A stretch of 61,076 nt of DNA, the filler included, from Hausera hauseri (Eukaryota): assembly GCA_046269625.1 (NCBI GenBank). It is 10 parts of 10 records of this genome, joined end to end, with 100 filler letters (N's around TTAATTAATTAA, not from the genome) between each part and the next. Parts side by side here need not be neighbours in the genome. Positions count along the whole stretch, not along the records: positions 1 to 4,300 come from JBJURY010648441.1; positions 4,401 to 11,376 come from JBJURY010047109.1; positions 11,477 to 21,812 come from JBJURY010203302.1; 7 more parts are not named here. The stretch is one strand, 5' to 3'. Within the stretch, counting starts at the first letter, position 1, and each line of letters begins with the position of its first letter. The notes beneath the pieces are model-generated. The model was not told the origin of the DNA. It saw only the letters and a program-made list of their open reading frames with translations, and made no database searches. This document shows, one piece after another, positions 1 through 11,641 of the stretch. A program made the translations under genes and the position numbers.

Positions 1-1480
1 AGCAACAACACATCCGTCTTGAGGTAAACATCACTGTATTCCAGATTTTTTGAGCATGTTGGTAGTCCTCATCACTAATATCGCAGTCCGACAGCTGGCT
101 ATCAAAACCATCCTTGCCCGGTAATGAGGTCTCATCCAGTGTTTCCCATGAAGTTATCTAGTCATAGGGAAACACTCCTTTCCTTTAGACTAGATCAAGT
201 GCAGTGGGAAAGAACCGCTTCGTTTCCTTGAGTACTTCTGCAGGGAGTTTCTTCACTAAACTGTCCAGTGATGATGATATGAAACGAAATCTGTCTACGA
301 AGCGAAGCCTGATTTTGTCTACGTGCTTAGTGAAAGTGATGTATTTTTCCTCACTCTTTGGAATCACATTTATATTACAATCAATGTTGCCTAATTCTCG
401 GACTATGAAATGGGAATCATAGCCACTGAGATTATGAAACACTACAGGCACATGTGTGTATGTTTTGCAGCGAAGATTGCAATTGTTGCATGCTGCGCCC
501 CGACATTTGCCTGTAAAATGGCAGTGATCCGTGACTTTCCAATTTTCCTTGGTGAATGATTTGGAGCACAAGTAACATGCTGTTGCCTTGAGCCATTCAT
601 CTTCTTGTTTCCTCGACATGCTCATTGTATCCTTATGATGTTGCAACATATCTCCAATCCTATGAGCCATATCTTCAAGTCGTTTCATGAAATGTGCTGC
701 TGCACCTGAACCTCAGAATAAATATGGTTCACTGTCAAGTCCTTTGGCATACATGCAATAAGACGACAGGTCATGATCTTGGTATGCTCTCGTACTACTT
801 TGTTGTGAATTTGGATTGCAGCTCTGAACTTGTCTGAGAATAGCCTCAAAGTCGCAATAGACGACAATTGGTACTTTCTGCTGTTTTGCAACCGCTTTGA
901 ATTCTCTATAGTCCTCCTTAGGAAATTCATTTTTTATACAATTATTGCTATTGCAATAAATTTTATGGTCCTCTAACTTCTTCACAGCAGATTCGTCATT
1001 GAAATGTGAAAAACATATTTTGCAGATCTCAATTCTATGCTCATTTTTGTTATTTGAGAAGTTACTAAACAACTTAAGTTCTTGATCAAACATAATGTTT
1101 CTTTTCCCAATCATTTAGTAGGAGCAGATTCCTATGGTTCTCCAATTCCTCTTTGCATATATGTAAAGGATAGAATTTATCTGTTTAGTCCACTCGGAAG
1201 ATATTGATGGATATATGATTACTACGTTCAAATCTTTTTATGTCATCTATTTCTGGTGGGAATTCAATGCTACTGAAATCATAATTATGTTTCATGTTCT
1301 GATATACTGAAACTCGAGAAGCATGATGTTGACCTCGTACGAGTTTTGATAGAATGGCATACATGAAACACTTGTTGTCTTTAATTTTCACATTGATACA
1401 TGCCTTTTTCCGTTCAATTCATTCAGAAAGCTGAATATAAAAACCTCGTTTCATCAGTTCATATTCACAATTCTAAATAG
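1..1480 (-). pseudogene. Protein-primed family B DNA polymerase (Polinton/Maverick-like pPolB), N-terminal and exonuclease part, disrupted and truncated at the contig end
   Basis: Motifs in the expected order across broken frames: KKACINVKIKDNKCF, C-x2-C..H..C, VVYCDFEA, DHCHFTGKCRGAACNNCNL, VPVVFHNLSGYDSHFI, RKGVFPY, ISDEDYQHA, YLKTDVLL. Several stops and frameshifts. Confidence 0.85.
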
Positions 1481-1696
1481 ATAGTTAATTTTCATGAGAA
1501 CCGAATTAACAAAACTCACCATTTGTTTACAAGCTTTTCGGAAATAATGATTTTCGATTAAAGTCAATATTATATATTTCACGTGTGCTAGTCATTAATA
1601 TTGGCAATACAGAAAACCGATATTATTGATTTTAGCACACTTGCACATGTGCTGCGCACCTGCACAGTGCACCAATCGATGTGCACTGCACTGCAC

Positions 1697-1910
1697 CATT
1701 GATTCGTACTTTGTCCCAATCGATTCGGCCAACTGTGCAATGTGCAGTTATCGATTTGTGAAATGTGAAAAAATGTGCATAGCAACGGTGCCTAACAACG
1801 CCGTCGCGTAGCACACTACGGATCGATAGCGCACCACGTGCATTATCGATTGGCACATGAGAAAAATTGATTTATCGATTCCCCCCCCCCTTCCGGGGGT
1901 GGGACAGAAC
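1697..1910 (+). repeat. ATCGAT/GTGCAC palindrome-rich repeat; diverged inverted partner of 4082-4300
   Basis: Aligns by eye to the reverse complement of 4082-4300 (actttgtccc.atcgattcg, tagcaacggtgccta, gatttatcgatt, poly-C, ggtggg.cagaac). Confidence 0.8.
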
Positions 1911-2145
1911 ATACATTTTTACACTACTAATAGAAAAGAATATCAGCATTAATATTGAGATGCAGATTACATAGTCCGCAAAACGTAAATGTAGCAATAC
2001 ATCAAACATCAAATATGACGAATTACGACATTTTACGATCCTGAAACTAAGATAAATTGATGTTAAAAGAAAATTGAGAAAACCCACAAACTACGTGTAA
2101 TATTTAAACAACTGTATATGCGTTAAAGCATTTTGTAAAAGGAAA

Positions 2146-3709
2146 TTATTTTTCACAAGATATGCATAGAACATTATTTGCGGACAGCATATTCTTATGT
2201 GCCTTCGAGGCATGGACCTTAAAATCATTTGTGAAGGTAGGGCTTGCAAGATCAACAGTAGCTGTCATTGAGCATTGTGGAAGGAAACATTTGGGTGCAT
2301 GTCTTTTTACTTCTTTGGTAAGACGAATTGCGTCGAGCATACAGGTTGATTTCGAATGGCCATGTCGCTTTAAGACAAAGGATGATTTCAGATAAGTTGT
2401 TCGATTTGAATTTATTTAAAAGACAGTTTATCATTGTTGATTCAACGTTAAGACGACTATCATTTTGGGTTAAGCCGAGCATATAACACATTATGTAGGG
2501 CACATAGTCGTACATATTATTGGGTGACTGTTTATCTACTTGTTCAGGTGCTTTCCTACCAAAGTTTAGGTTTTGAATTCTTAAGGCACATGCAAGAGGT
2601 AACAGCATACCCTTTATGTAATCTTTACCCGCTAGCTGATGGCTTCTGTCATCAATAGAATCTATAATATATGCGTATTTAAAACTTACGAGATACATAA
2701 CCTAGCATCCAGTGGCAGCAGTGAAAGGTCGGAAAGAAAACAAAGTGAACTTTGAAAGCTCGTGCTAATTTCTCAGACGAAAAAAGTTTAATAGCACAAG
2801 TTTCTTCATTATTAGGAAAGAAAAAAGGCCTTCTGATGGGCTTAGATAGAGAGTATTTGGAAATACCTCCATAGGAGCAGCACCAAAGAGGTCAAAGTCA
2901 GCATCAATGGGCTTTTCAGTTTGTAAAATAAATGGCATATTATTTATAAAGTCTGGTGACAGAGGTGTCTAAGTCTTCATGTTCCAACTGATGAAGTGAT
3001 TCAGATATGCTACCATTGGACCTTATTTTAATTTAAATTGTTAACAGCGATAGCTATGATTTATATTTCTCATCAAGAAAATAATCACGAGTATCTGTGG
3101 AGTTAGGATTTTAAGATGCTGTTTCTACAATTTTAAATAAGGTCTTGGGCGTAACAGGTGTTATAATATTCTGAAAGGCACTCAGAGCATCAGTGTCATC
3201 GGTCAGTGCAGCACGCCATAGTTTGTAGAGAAAGAGAAAAGTGTACACTACGGTATGAAAGCAATGTTTGGACAGTTGATTGACCGGAATATTGCAATTG
3301 CTGCGATCAAGAACAAAGCGCAGCAAGTTAAGGGCTCTGGCTACATATATGGCTTCTTGCCGCATGATTTCAATGTCTGTGAAAAATCAGGACCGATTTA
3401 GCGCCCAGAAAGAAGTTACGAAGTTCTAAGCAGACTGGAAGATAGTCATAGGCATTTGAAGAGGTCCTGGTACTAGCTGGCATAGTCTTATTTGGAGGCC
3501 ACAGAAAGATTAGTTCCAGAGGATGAGGTGCGAAATTCTTGGATTTTCTTTGCTGGTAATATTTTTGAGGCCAAAAAACAGACATGTGAGTCACTTAGTT
3601 GATGATGTAACGGTATTGGATCATATGTAATATGTAAGCTGGTGTCCAAGGTCAAAGAGGGTTTAGTAGATGGCCCTATAGTTTGAATAACAAAGTTCTT
3701 ATTTTCCAA
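2146..3709 (-). pseudogene. Unrecognised coding-like region broken into several same-strand ORFs
   Basis: Minus-strand ORFs 3488-3709, 3370-3594, 3111-3365, 2252-2698 and 2146-2340 are nearly contiguous. No motif recognised. Confidence 0.35.
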
Positions 3710-4081
3710 ATGGTTAGTTGGAAGTTTCTAACTGAGTGTGTTACATTTTCAGAAAATGACAAATGATGGTTGACTTTAGGATTCTTTTTTCCATTTCCTC
3801 ATGCTTTCTTGTTACATATGGTAGATGTTTTGGACTGAATATGCGAATTCCAGTGAAACTCCAAATATGCGAAAATCGTGAACTTGCGAACATCGCGATC
3901 CTTATTGATTAATTCTCTGCATGCCAATAAGAAGTATTGGATTATGTCATAACCTTGAAAATAGAAAGATCGAGGGAGTCCATAGAAATGTCTTCTTTTA
4001 TAAAGTTCTTGATAATTGGATTCGCAGTATTAACACAGTCTTTGCTTTGTCTTTCAATAACAAAGTAGGAGGAAAATGGCG

Positions 4082-4300
4082 GTTCTGCCCCACCTCTGGG
4101 GGGGGGGGAGTAATCGATAAATCGATTTTGCACATGCGCCGATCGATAGTGCATACTGTGCACAGTCGATCCAAAAAGTGCCTAGGAACGGTGCCGCTAG
4201 GCACCGTTGCTAAGGGCACTTTTGCACTTTTCACATATCGATCGCTGCACAGTGCACTATTGATCGAATCGATCGGGACAAAGTGCTAATCGATAGAGCA
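4082..4300 (-). repeat. Second, inverted copy of the ATCGAT-rich repeat, running to the contig end
   Basis: Reverse-complement similarity to 1697-1910; many ATCGAT and GTGCAC hexamers. Confidence 0.8.
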
Positions 4301-4400
4301 NNNNNNNNNNNNNNNNNNNNNNNNNNNNNNNNNNNNNNNNNNNNTTAATTAATTAANNNNNNNNNNNNNNNNNNNNNNNNNNNNNNNNNNNNNNNNNNNN
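4301..4400. other. Artificial contig spacer (N44-TTAATTAATTAA-N44). Others at 11377-11476, 21813-21912, 29696-29795, 36137-36236, 41286-41385, 48019-48118, 52327-52426, 56413-56512
   Basis: Identical 100-nt linker with stops in all six frames, present nine times. Confidence 0.99.
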
Positions 4401-4510
4401 GGGAGGACGAGCACCGTCAATTAGGTCGGAACCCTAACCCGGCCGGCGGGGATGTTTGGACGAACACGGCCGGATGTGACATCCAGCCAGGACGTGACAT
4501 CCAGCCAGCC

Positions 4511-4560
4511 GGACGTCACGTGGACCGGATGCCAATCAGCGCGGCCCTACTTAAGCACCT
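4511..4560 (+). promoter_or_regulatory. Putative Pol II promoter of the recombinase gene
   Basis: GACGTCACGTG (CRE/E-box-like) at 4513, GCCAATCA (CCAAT box) at 4531 and TACTTAAG (TATA-like) about 40 nt upstream of ATG 4592. Confidence 0.4.
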
Positions 4561-4591
4561 CGGCTCCAGCTGGAGCTCCTTTGTTAGCCGA

Positions 4592-7150
4592 ATGTCACCA
4601 GACATGACAGCCAGCAAGTTTAGACAGCGATGCCCCGTGTGTAGGGTTTTCTACTGGCGCCTGAGAGTCCACCTGGACTCCGTGCACGGAGTGCTCAACC
4701 CGCAGGTTGGTTCTCGCGCTTCTGTCTCTTTGTCTTGATTGGGGTGGGGCGGTTTTTAATCTCTGCTCTCTCGTTTGTGTACCACACCCAGGAGCGCCGA
4801 CTCCTGCTGAGCTACGCTAGCTCCAGGGTGTCGGTGAGGGGAATGGCCTGCTCCATCCGCGGCTGTTCATATCGCGGACCCAGGGTGGCGGACCACCTAA
4901 ACAACGCCCACCGTGACATGAGCGCCAGAGCGAAGGCCCGCGTGCTTCGCAAACTCCAGTGGGCCAAGACTATGGAGGGGATGAGGGAGCTGAGGGCTTC
5001 CGGTCCACGCCCTCGTCTGGCCACTGCCCTGGACCTGGAGGAGGAGGCTGGACCGCCAGCGGACCAGGCTCCAGAGCCAGCCGACCAGGAGGACGCGGCT
5101 GCCATGCCACCGCCAGCCGCACCTCTGTCTCCTGCGGTCCCGCCCGCCTCACCACCTCAGTCTCCTGCGGTCCCACCTGCCCCTCACCTCTCTCCTGGAG
5201 ACCCGCCCGCGGCTCCGACGCCTCCGGAGCTGCCACCGTCGGCCCCACGCCCTCCTGCGAGCCCGCCAGCTGCCCCTGCGAGCCCTGGGGTCCCCTCGCC
5301 TCCTCCGAGCCCCTTCAGGGAACCCAGGAGCCCCACCCCGCCTGCCTGGAGCCCTCCCACACCGTCGGTGCGCCCAAGGAGTTCGGGCTGGAGGCCCTCC
5401 CCGCCCAGACGCTGGTCCCCGCTGCGCTCCCCGGCGCCGGGCCCCTCCGGGTCACCGAGACTGCTGCCTCGCCTCACTCCCTACTACCCTCCCCGCTCCC
5501 GCTCTCCCACCCGCTCCCGCTCTCCCACCCCGCCCGACTGGTCCCCAGCACCATCTCAGGGATCCTCCAGTACCCCCAGGGCGCTCCCTCGCCTCAGTCC
5601 CTACCCTCTGCGCTCCCGCTCTCCCACCCCGCCCGTCTGGTCCCCAGCGCCATCTCCGGGACCCTCCAGGACCCCCAGGGCGTTGCCTCGCATCTGTCCC
5701 TACCCTCTCCGCTCCCGCTCTCCCACCCCGCCCGCCCGGTCACCGGCACCATCTCCGGGACCATCCAGGACCCCGAGGGCGCGCGCTGCTCGGCCGGCCG
5801 TGGCCGCGGACGATCCGGGGCCCGTGAGCTCTCGCCCCTCGCGACCGGCACCGGTAGGTGAACTGCTAGCTTTGTTCCCCGACTCTGTGCGCTGCTACGT
5901 GGAGGAGTATGCGTCGTTCCTCGTGGGCGCGGTACCTTCCACGAAGCACAGAGAAAATGCAACCTCCAAGGTGGGCCGGGTGGCCGCGTTCATCGCCCAC
6001 ATGGCCCAGGGGAAGACCGGCCTGGGCTCGTGGCTCTTCCTGCACGATGCGCCACGGCTCCTGGGCTGGCCGGCCGAACTGACCAGGCTGGACAGGGCCG
6101 TGACGACGGTGAGGGTGTACTTGGTGAACACCAGTCAGTTCATGGGCTACTTCGTGGAGACGCCCCCACGGGGCTCCAGGATGACGGGCCGGCAGATCGC
6201 GGTCGTGACCAGGGCCTTGACGGCGGCGACTAGCCAGATCGGGACCGCGGTGGTGCTCCAGCAGATCAAGGTGAAGCGTGACAAAGCTAAGCGCATGGTA
6301 ACGCCAGGCTCCGTCCGCAGATGCATAGCGCTATGCGCGAGCCTCGTCCCGCGGACCTTGAGGCGGCTCTCGCGGAGGAGCGGCGACGAAGGAGAGCGCC
6401 GACGGCTCTTTGCGCTCCTTGGTCTGTTCGTGACCTGCCTCTACGGCCATCGACCGGGGGTCCTGGTGAATATGACCGTCGATGAGCTGGAGGAGGCCAA
6501 GGAGGGTTCGTCGGCGAACGACGCCGGACTCGTCATCAACGTGAGTAGGCCGGCGCTCGGCCCATCCACACACACACACACACACATCCATACATCCACG
6601 TTAGCGTTCCCTTAATTCGGTTCTCTCGTCCCGAAGGTGGCCCAGCACAAGACCAACCGCGCCTTCGGGTGCGCCCAGCTATACCTCACCAGGGAGGAGT
6701 ACGGGTGGCTGGAGCGCTGGATGGAGCTCCGGGCCGAGCTGCGGCCCACCTGCGACCTGGTGGTGTTCAACGCTAACTTCGGGCCGCTCACCCGGCTTAC
6801 CAAGCACGCCAGACAGGCCTGGGGGGAGATGGGACTTCCAGGAAGTCCATCCTTAACCGACCTGCGGACGGCGGTAGCCACGATGGTGGGTCGGCCAAAC
6901 ACAACACCCACCCTAACCACACCATCGGTAGTGACTACGCCACCCTAACCCATCTCTCTCTCTCCCCCAGGCCCGAGACGTCCACTGCGGCGAGGTCAGG
7001 AGGCAGATGGCCAGGGTGATGTGTCACGACACGTCCACGGCGGACCGCTTTTACGCGCACCACCTGAACGTGACCCAGATGGCCGAGATGCGGGCGAGGT
7101 TCCACCAGTCACTGGGCACTGCCCCGTCCGAGATAATAAACTTATGTTAG
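4592..7150 (+). CDS. Intron-containing tyrosine recombinase with two N-terminal C2H2-like zinc fingers and a Pro/Ser/Arg-rich linker (~763 aa), Crypton-like in general plan
   Basis: Exons 4592-4705, 4792-6540, 6637-6885 and 6971-7150 join through phase-0 GT..AG introns into one open frame. Fingers CPVC..HLDSVH and CSIRGC..HLNNAH. Catalytic set YGHRPG (R), HKT (K), TDLR (R), MCHD (H), RFY (Y). AATAAA at 7135-7140. Confidence 0.88.
5326..5780 (+). repeat. Coding tandem repeat, about four units of RSRSPTPPxWSPAPSPGPSRTPRALPR
   Basis: Repeated cgctcccgctctcccaccccgccc units about 96 nt apart. Confidence 0.85.
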
Positions 7151-8588
7151 CACCGACTTCCACAGTATCTTGCGTGTTTTTTTCTTGTTGTGGTGGTGGG
7201 TGGCTGCTACTGTTCAAGGGTTAGCCGGCTAGACAACCGGCCTCCACACCGAGAACCGACAGCCGGGCCAGAGAACAAGTCTCCACATCGAGTACCGAGA
7301 GCCGGACCAGAGGACCGGCCTCCACGACCGGTTCGGAGAACCGGGATGGAGGACCGGCCTGCAGATCCGGCCCGGAGAACAAGCCTACAGACCCGGCCCG
7401 GCGAGCCGGGATGGAGAACCGGAACCACCGAGACCCAGGAACCAGACACCCAGAGGACGGCATCCTCCGGAGGAACCGGCACCGCGGACCAGCAGACCCC
7501 CGAACCAGCCAGGCTGTGGGGGGAACCAGCATCGCGGACCGGAACCATCCAGAGAACCAGACACCCAGAGGACCAGGGGCTATGCCCCTGGTAAGGCACA
7601 GTGCAACCAGGAGAGGGGGGGAAAGAGTGAGGGAGAGGATGGAAGGACGGGAGGAGAGGGCAGAGGAGAGGGCAGAGAAGATGGGAGAGGAGAGGGGAGA
7701 GGAGGGGAGAGGGGAGAGGGGAGAGGGGAGTGGGTGGAGGCCCCGGAGGTCGGCCAACAGACGGGTGGCTGTCACGGACTGGCTCTCTATGGATCGTGTC
7801 GAGGACGACGGACAGCCGTCCAGGACAGTCTGTACTTAGGGGGACGAAGGCCACGGAGGGAGCATGGGGAGGAGGGAGGCGGGGAAGGGGAGGACGGACA
7901 GCGATGGTCCGACTCCCCGTCCGCCCCCCAACCACCGTGGCTCCACGCCAGGCCTGCGACAAGCCCCAACCGCGAAAGGAGAGCCACGGAGGGCTCCCCT
8001 TCCGATTGATTTTGCAAAGGGATTTGCTTGGATTTAAGGTTACGAGTTCGGGGCCGTCACCGTGGTTCACCGTGCGCGTGGCGCCGTCCGACGCATGCTC
8101 CAACGTTCGCTCCGCCGGCCGGCCCGGCGAGCGGGACCGGCGCGGCGGTTACGCGCGCTGTGGAGGCGGCCGGCCGGCGCCAGAGGCGCCTTCGGTGGGT
8201 GGTCGGTCCCAGACTAAGCGGTGGAGACGGCGCAGGGGGGCGGACGGTCGTGCGCCGGAGGTAGCGGGTTACGGACGGACACTTCTCCCGTGGAGGGAGA
8301 GCCCCGCCGCTCCCGTTCCCTGCCGACGCCCGGCCGCCGAGAGCCCCCGCGCCGGGACGGCCACGTGGGGGGGGGCAAGCGGCCGGTTGGGATTAGTGGG
8401 GGGTTGGCCAGGCCGGCCCGCGAGGACCGGCCTGACGTCCCCCACCTTCCCCCTGTCCGCTCCCCCGCCCCCTCGGCCAGAGTTCCGAAGCTTGTCTGCC
8501 TGCCGCGACACGGAAGAGGATGGCCCGCGAGCGGTCCAGCCCTCAGGCGCCACGGGCAAGCTCGTTTTGTGTTGACCGGAGGCTGATC

Positions 8589-9018
8589 GATCCTTCTCCC
8601 ACAGGTTCACCTACAGAAGACATCCTTGTTACGACTTTTACTTTCTCCAGATAGTCAAGTTTGATGTTCTTTCTCGGCGGTCCGCCGGGGCACCGGTCCG
8701 AGGACATCGCCGCACCATCCGATCGGTAGTGGCGACGGGGCGCGGTGTGTGTGTGTACAAAGGGAAGGGACTTGAAGCGGGCCGGCGGACCCGCCCTTAC
8801 TGGGAATTCCTCGTCGATGGGGGGGGAACAGCGGGTCACCCGCGCCTCTCGGCGGAGGGTGGACACACGCTGATCCGGCGTTTTCACAGACCTGTGATTG
8901 TTCCATCTCGTGTGGCGGCTTCCGAAGCCACCCGTCCGTCCCTCTAAGAAGTATGCCGCGAACACGGTCGCGTGAGGGCCAAGTCGGTACTTGGCACGGC
9001 GGGGATCTCGTTCGTTAT
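8589..9018 (-). pseudogene. Degenerate 3' portion of an 18S rRNA gene (vertebrate-like), with internal deletions
   Basis: The plus strand carries the reverse complement of conserved 18S blocks in the correct order: GATCCTTC..CAGGTTCACCTAC..CCTTGTTACGACTTTTACTT..AGATAGTCAAGTT, ATCGGTAGT.GCGACGGG, GTGTACAAAGGG.AGGGACTT, TTACTGGGAATTCCTCGT, TCACAGACCTGT, GTCCCTCTAAGAAGT, TCTCGTTCGTTAT. Confidence 0.9.
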
Positions 9019-10763
9019 AGGTATCGTAATTTACACCCCCATCCTCCGAAGTGGGGTAACCGAGGGACTAGAGGTTGACCCCGGGCCGAGCCCAACAGCG
9101 AGGGCCGGCTTGTTCCGGGGGACAGCCTAGCGCACGTGGCTTCCGACACGTCGCCCGCGAGAGCTACACTCCCATGGGCGTTCTCAGGCCGTCCGCCACC
9201 CTGACCCCTCGGGATGCCCCGGTAGTGTCTGTCAAAGACCACCTTTTATCCGGGGGAGAGCCTTCGGGGTGGGGGATCGGGGGCCCGGTCGCCGCCGGTT
9301 TCACCTACCTCGCGGTTGTGTACGGAAGGGTTTGAGAAACGTCGTGACTTCTGGAAGCCGCCGCACGTCGGAAGCCGGGACCCCGGGAAGGGCATCCGCG
9401 GTCGTCCTGCAGGCAGGGCGCCAGTGGAGGACAGCTGGGGGAGACGGGGCGTCTCGGTCTCGCTACCGATAGGACGACCGCAGGCTCGGGACCCGGAGAG
9501 CCAACCAGGGAACCTCCGCGGCATGCCGCGGTGGATGATAGCTGCGCTCCGGTTGTCATATGAGCCTGGGTCTAGAGGCGAGCCTGCAAGGTTGGAGGAA
9601 CCGTCCGATGAAGCGCCGGTGCCAGGCACCGGGGCCAAAGGGGGCCCTCCATGGCAGGCCACGTTTGCTGATCGGTCAGGTGTGGGGTGCGTAAAACGTG
9701 GGTGAGTGGATGCATGGTGGAGGTCTGGGCCGGAGCTCCAGACCTCCAGGGCACGTGAGGGGATCGCGCAATCCGCTCACCGTGCTTCGTTTCCGGACTG
9801 CATGTGCATCAGGAGCCATCCACGGAAGAGTCACAGACCTCCATGTGTGTGGGGGGGGGGGTCACCTGAGCGATAAGGGCATCCGCTCAGAGTGCGCTAT
9901 CTTCGGCCATGTTATCGGCTAAACCATCGGTGCTTCACGGAGCTCCAGAGAACCGTGAGAGATCCAGAGACCCATCCCTAGGCAAATGCATGCCCGGGAC
10001 GGCTCAACGCTTCGGCCTCTGGTCCCAACCCAGCCTGCTCAGATGGGTTCCTGGAGGGTGAAACACGTCAGGGGAAAACCGGTAAAAGTGACCGAAAATA
10101 AGCTCATAGAGGGCTAAAACCACCGTAGACGTACTCCCTGAGAGCCAAGCTCTCCGAAAATGTATGACAAGCATATGTTCTGACTTAGACAATATTCTGA
10201 CATACTCAGAAATTGCACTAAGTCCACTTTTTTACCCCTCTCCTGAAATCCTGCCGGTGGTGTTTTTTTCTATAAGGTCTTGGAATCCCCAATGACTCTC
10301 AGAACCGGATATTTGACCAGTACATTTTTTTAAACTCAAATTTCTCTGTCGTTTTTCAACTTGGAATCAAACGGATCGCACCGGGCTGTTCCCCGGACTC
10401 TGGGCTATCGGGCAGAATCGGATTTTCCCCGAAAATTCGCATTTTTGACCGTTTTCGGAGCACTTTTCCGGGTAGACTTTGCCGATTTTTCACGCCGCCT
10501 GCGAGCGGCCCAGAGCCGAACCGAGGCCACCGGCGTGTTCCCCGGGTTCTAAGCTTTCGCCCAGTATACGGCTTTCCTAGGTTTCGTGCGTTTTTAACGA
10601 TTTTCCTGGAGGTCGAAAATCACCCGGGGATCCGGCGCGATGCTGCGCCGGCGGGCCGCTGCCTGCATGCGGACTGAATCTGCAGCTGTTCACCGCTAAG
10701 TCTCGGCCCCTCTGGAGGTCCGATTTTTTTTACTTCGAGCTAGGCTTCTGGCAGTGACACGCT

Positions 10764-11376
10764 CGTGTTCCAGGCAATGTGTGGAGCACGGCGAGGCCGG
10801 TCCCGCGTCGCTCAGACCCGGAGAAGTGACACTTTTCCCCGGTTTTGCCGAAAACGGTTTTTGATTTTTAATAAATCGCAGGGGGGTCCTAGCGGAAATC
10901 GGAGACCACCAGCGTGTTCCCCGGAGTCTCGCGGTTCTCCCAGTGTACTGGATGTCCGGCTTAGACCGGGTTTTCACAGTTTTATCGCGGTTCGAAATTC
11001 GCCCGCCCGGAGCCGACACTTTGAAAAAATATCCGGGGACCGCGGAGAACCGCGAGGGGCGGTCTGCCGCGGTGGCGGAAGCCGAGAGAGTGAGCGGCTG
11101 CGGCTTGGCGGTGTGGCAGTGTAGCGGTCGATTTTGCTGGAGGTCCGGAAAACTAAACTTCCAGCCAGAGCTCCGTGAACCACACCATCGTGTTCCAGGC
11201 AATGTGTGGAGCACGCTGAGGCCGGTCCCGCGTCGCTCAGGCCCGGACAAGTGACACTTTTCCCCGGTTTTGCGGAAAACGGTTTTTGATTTTTATTAGA
11301 TCGCAGGGGGGTCCTAGCGGAAATCGGAGACCACCAGCGTGTTCCCCGGAGTCTCGCGGTTCTCCCAGTGTACTGG
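10764..11376 (+). repeat. Tandem repeat with ~425-bp period; second unit cut by the contig end
   Basis: 10764-10951 is nearly identical to 11189-11376. Confidence 0.9.
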
Positions 11377-11641
11377 NNNNNNNNNNNNNNNNNNNNNNNN
11401 NNNNNNNNNNNNNNNNNNNNTTAATTAATTAANNNNNNNNNNNNNNNNNNNNNNNNNNNNNNNNNNNNNNNNNNNNTTAACAAACTATGAAGAAAAAGGG
11501 TTAATTTCACCCGAAGAATTATGTTCGTTGTTAACACTGCTCCACCAAACGTCTGCTAATGGGCGCTGTTTCCGAACGGTGAAAATGGTCCAATTGCAAC
11601 AGAAGCTACAGTAACTCAGAAAAACCATAGAGAGTGCAGGT

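Noticed and set aside
1640-1870. CRISPR-like or tRNA-like reading of the palindromic repeat
   Set aside because: No regular repeat-spacer period, no cas genes, no cloverleaf; the context is eukaryotic.
4345-4356. Recurrent TTAATTAATTAA palindrome between N runs
   Set aside because: Artificial six-frame-stop linker. ORFs running into it (21550, 48067, 56461) have artefactual ends.
8000-8580. Possible 5.8S or 28S remnants downstream of the 18S relic
   Set aside because: No conserved 5.8S or 28S blocks recognised. The ITS1-like status rests on position only.
10167-10180. GACAAGCATATG match to the reverse complement of the 18S 5' end
   Set aside because: Only about 12 nt, and the flanks do not align colinearly; may be chance.
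7190-11254. Many overlapping ORFs on both strands in the GC-rich region
   Set aside because: Expected from high GC and few stops; low-complexity translations overlap the 18S relic and tandem repeats.
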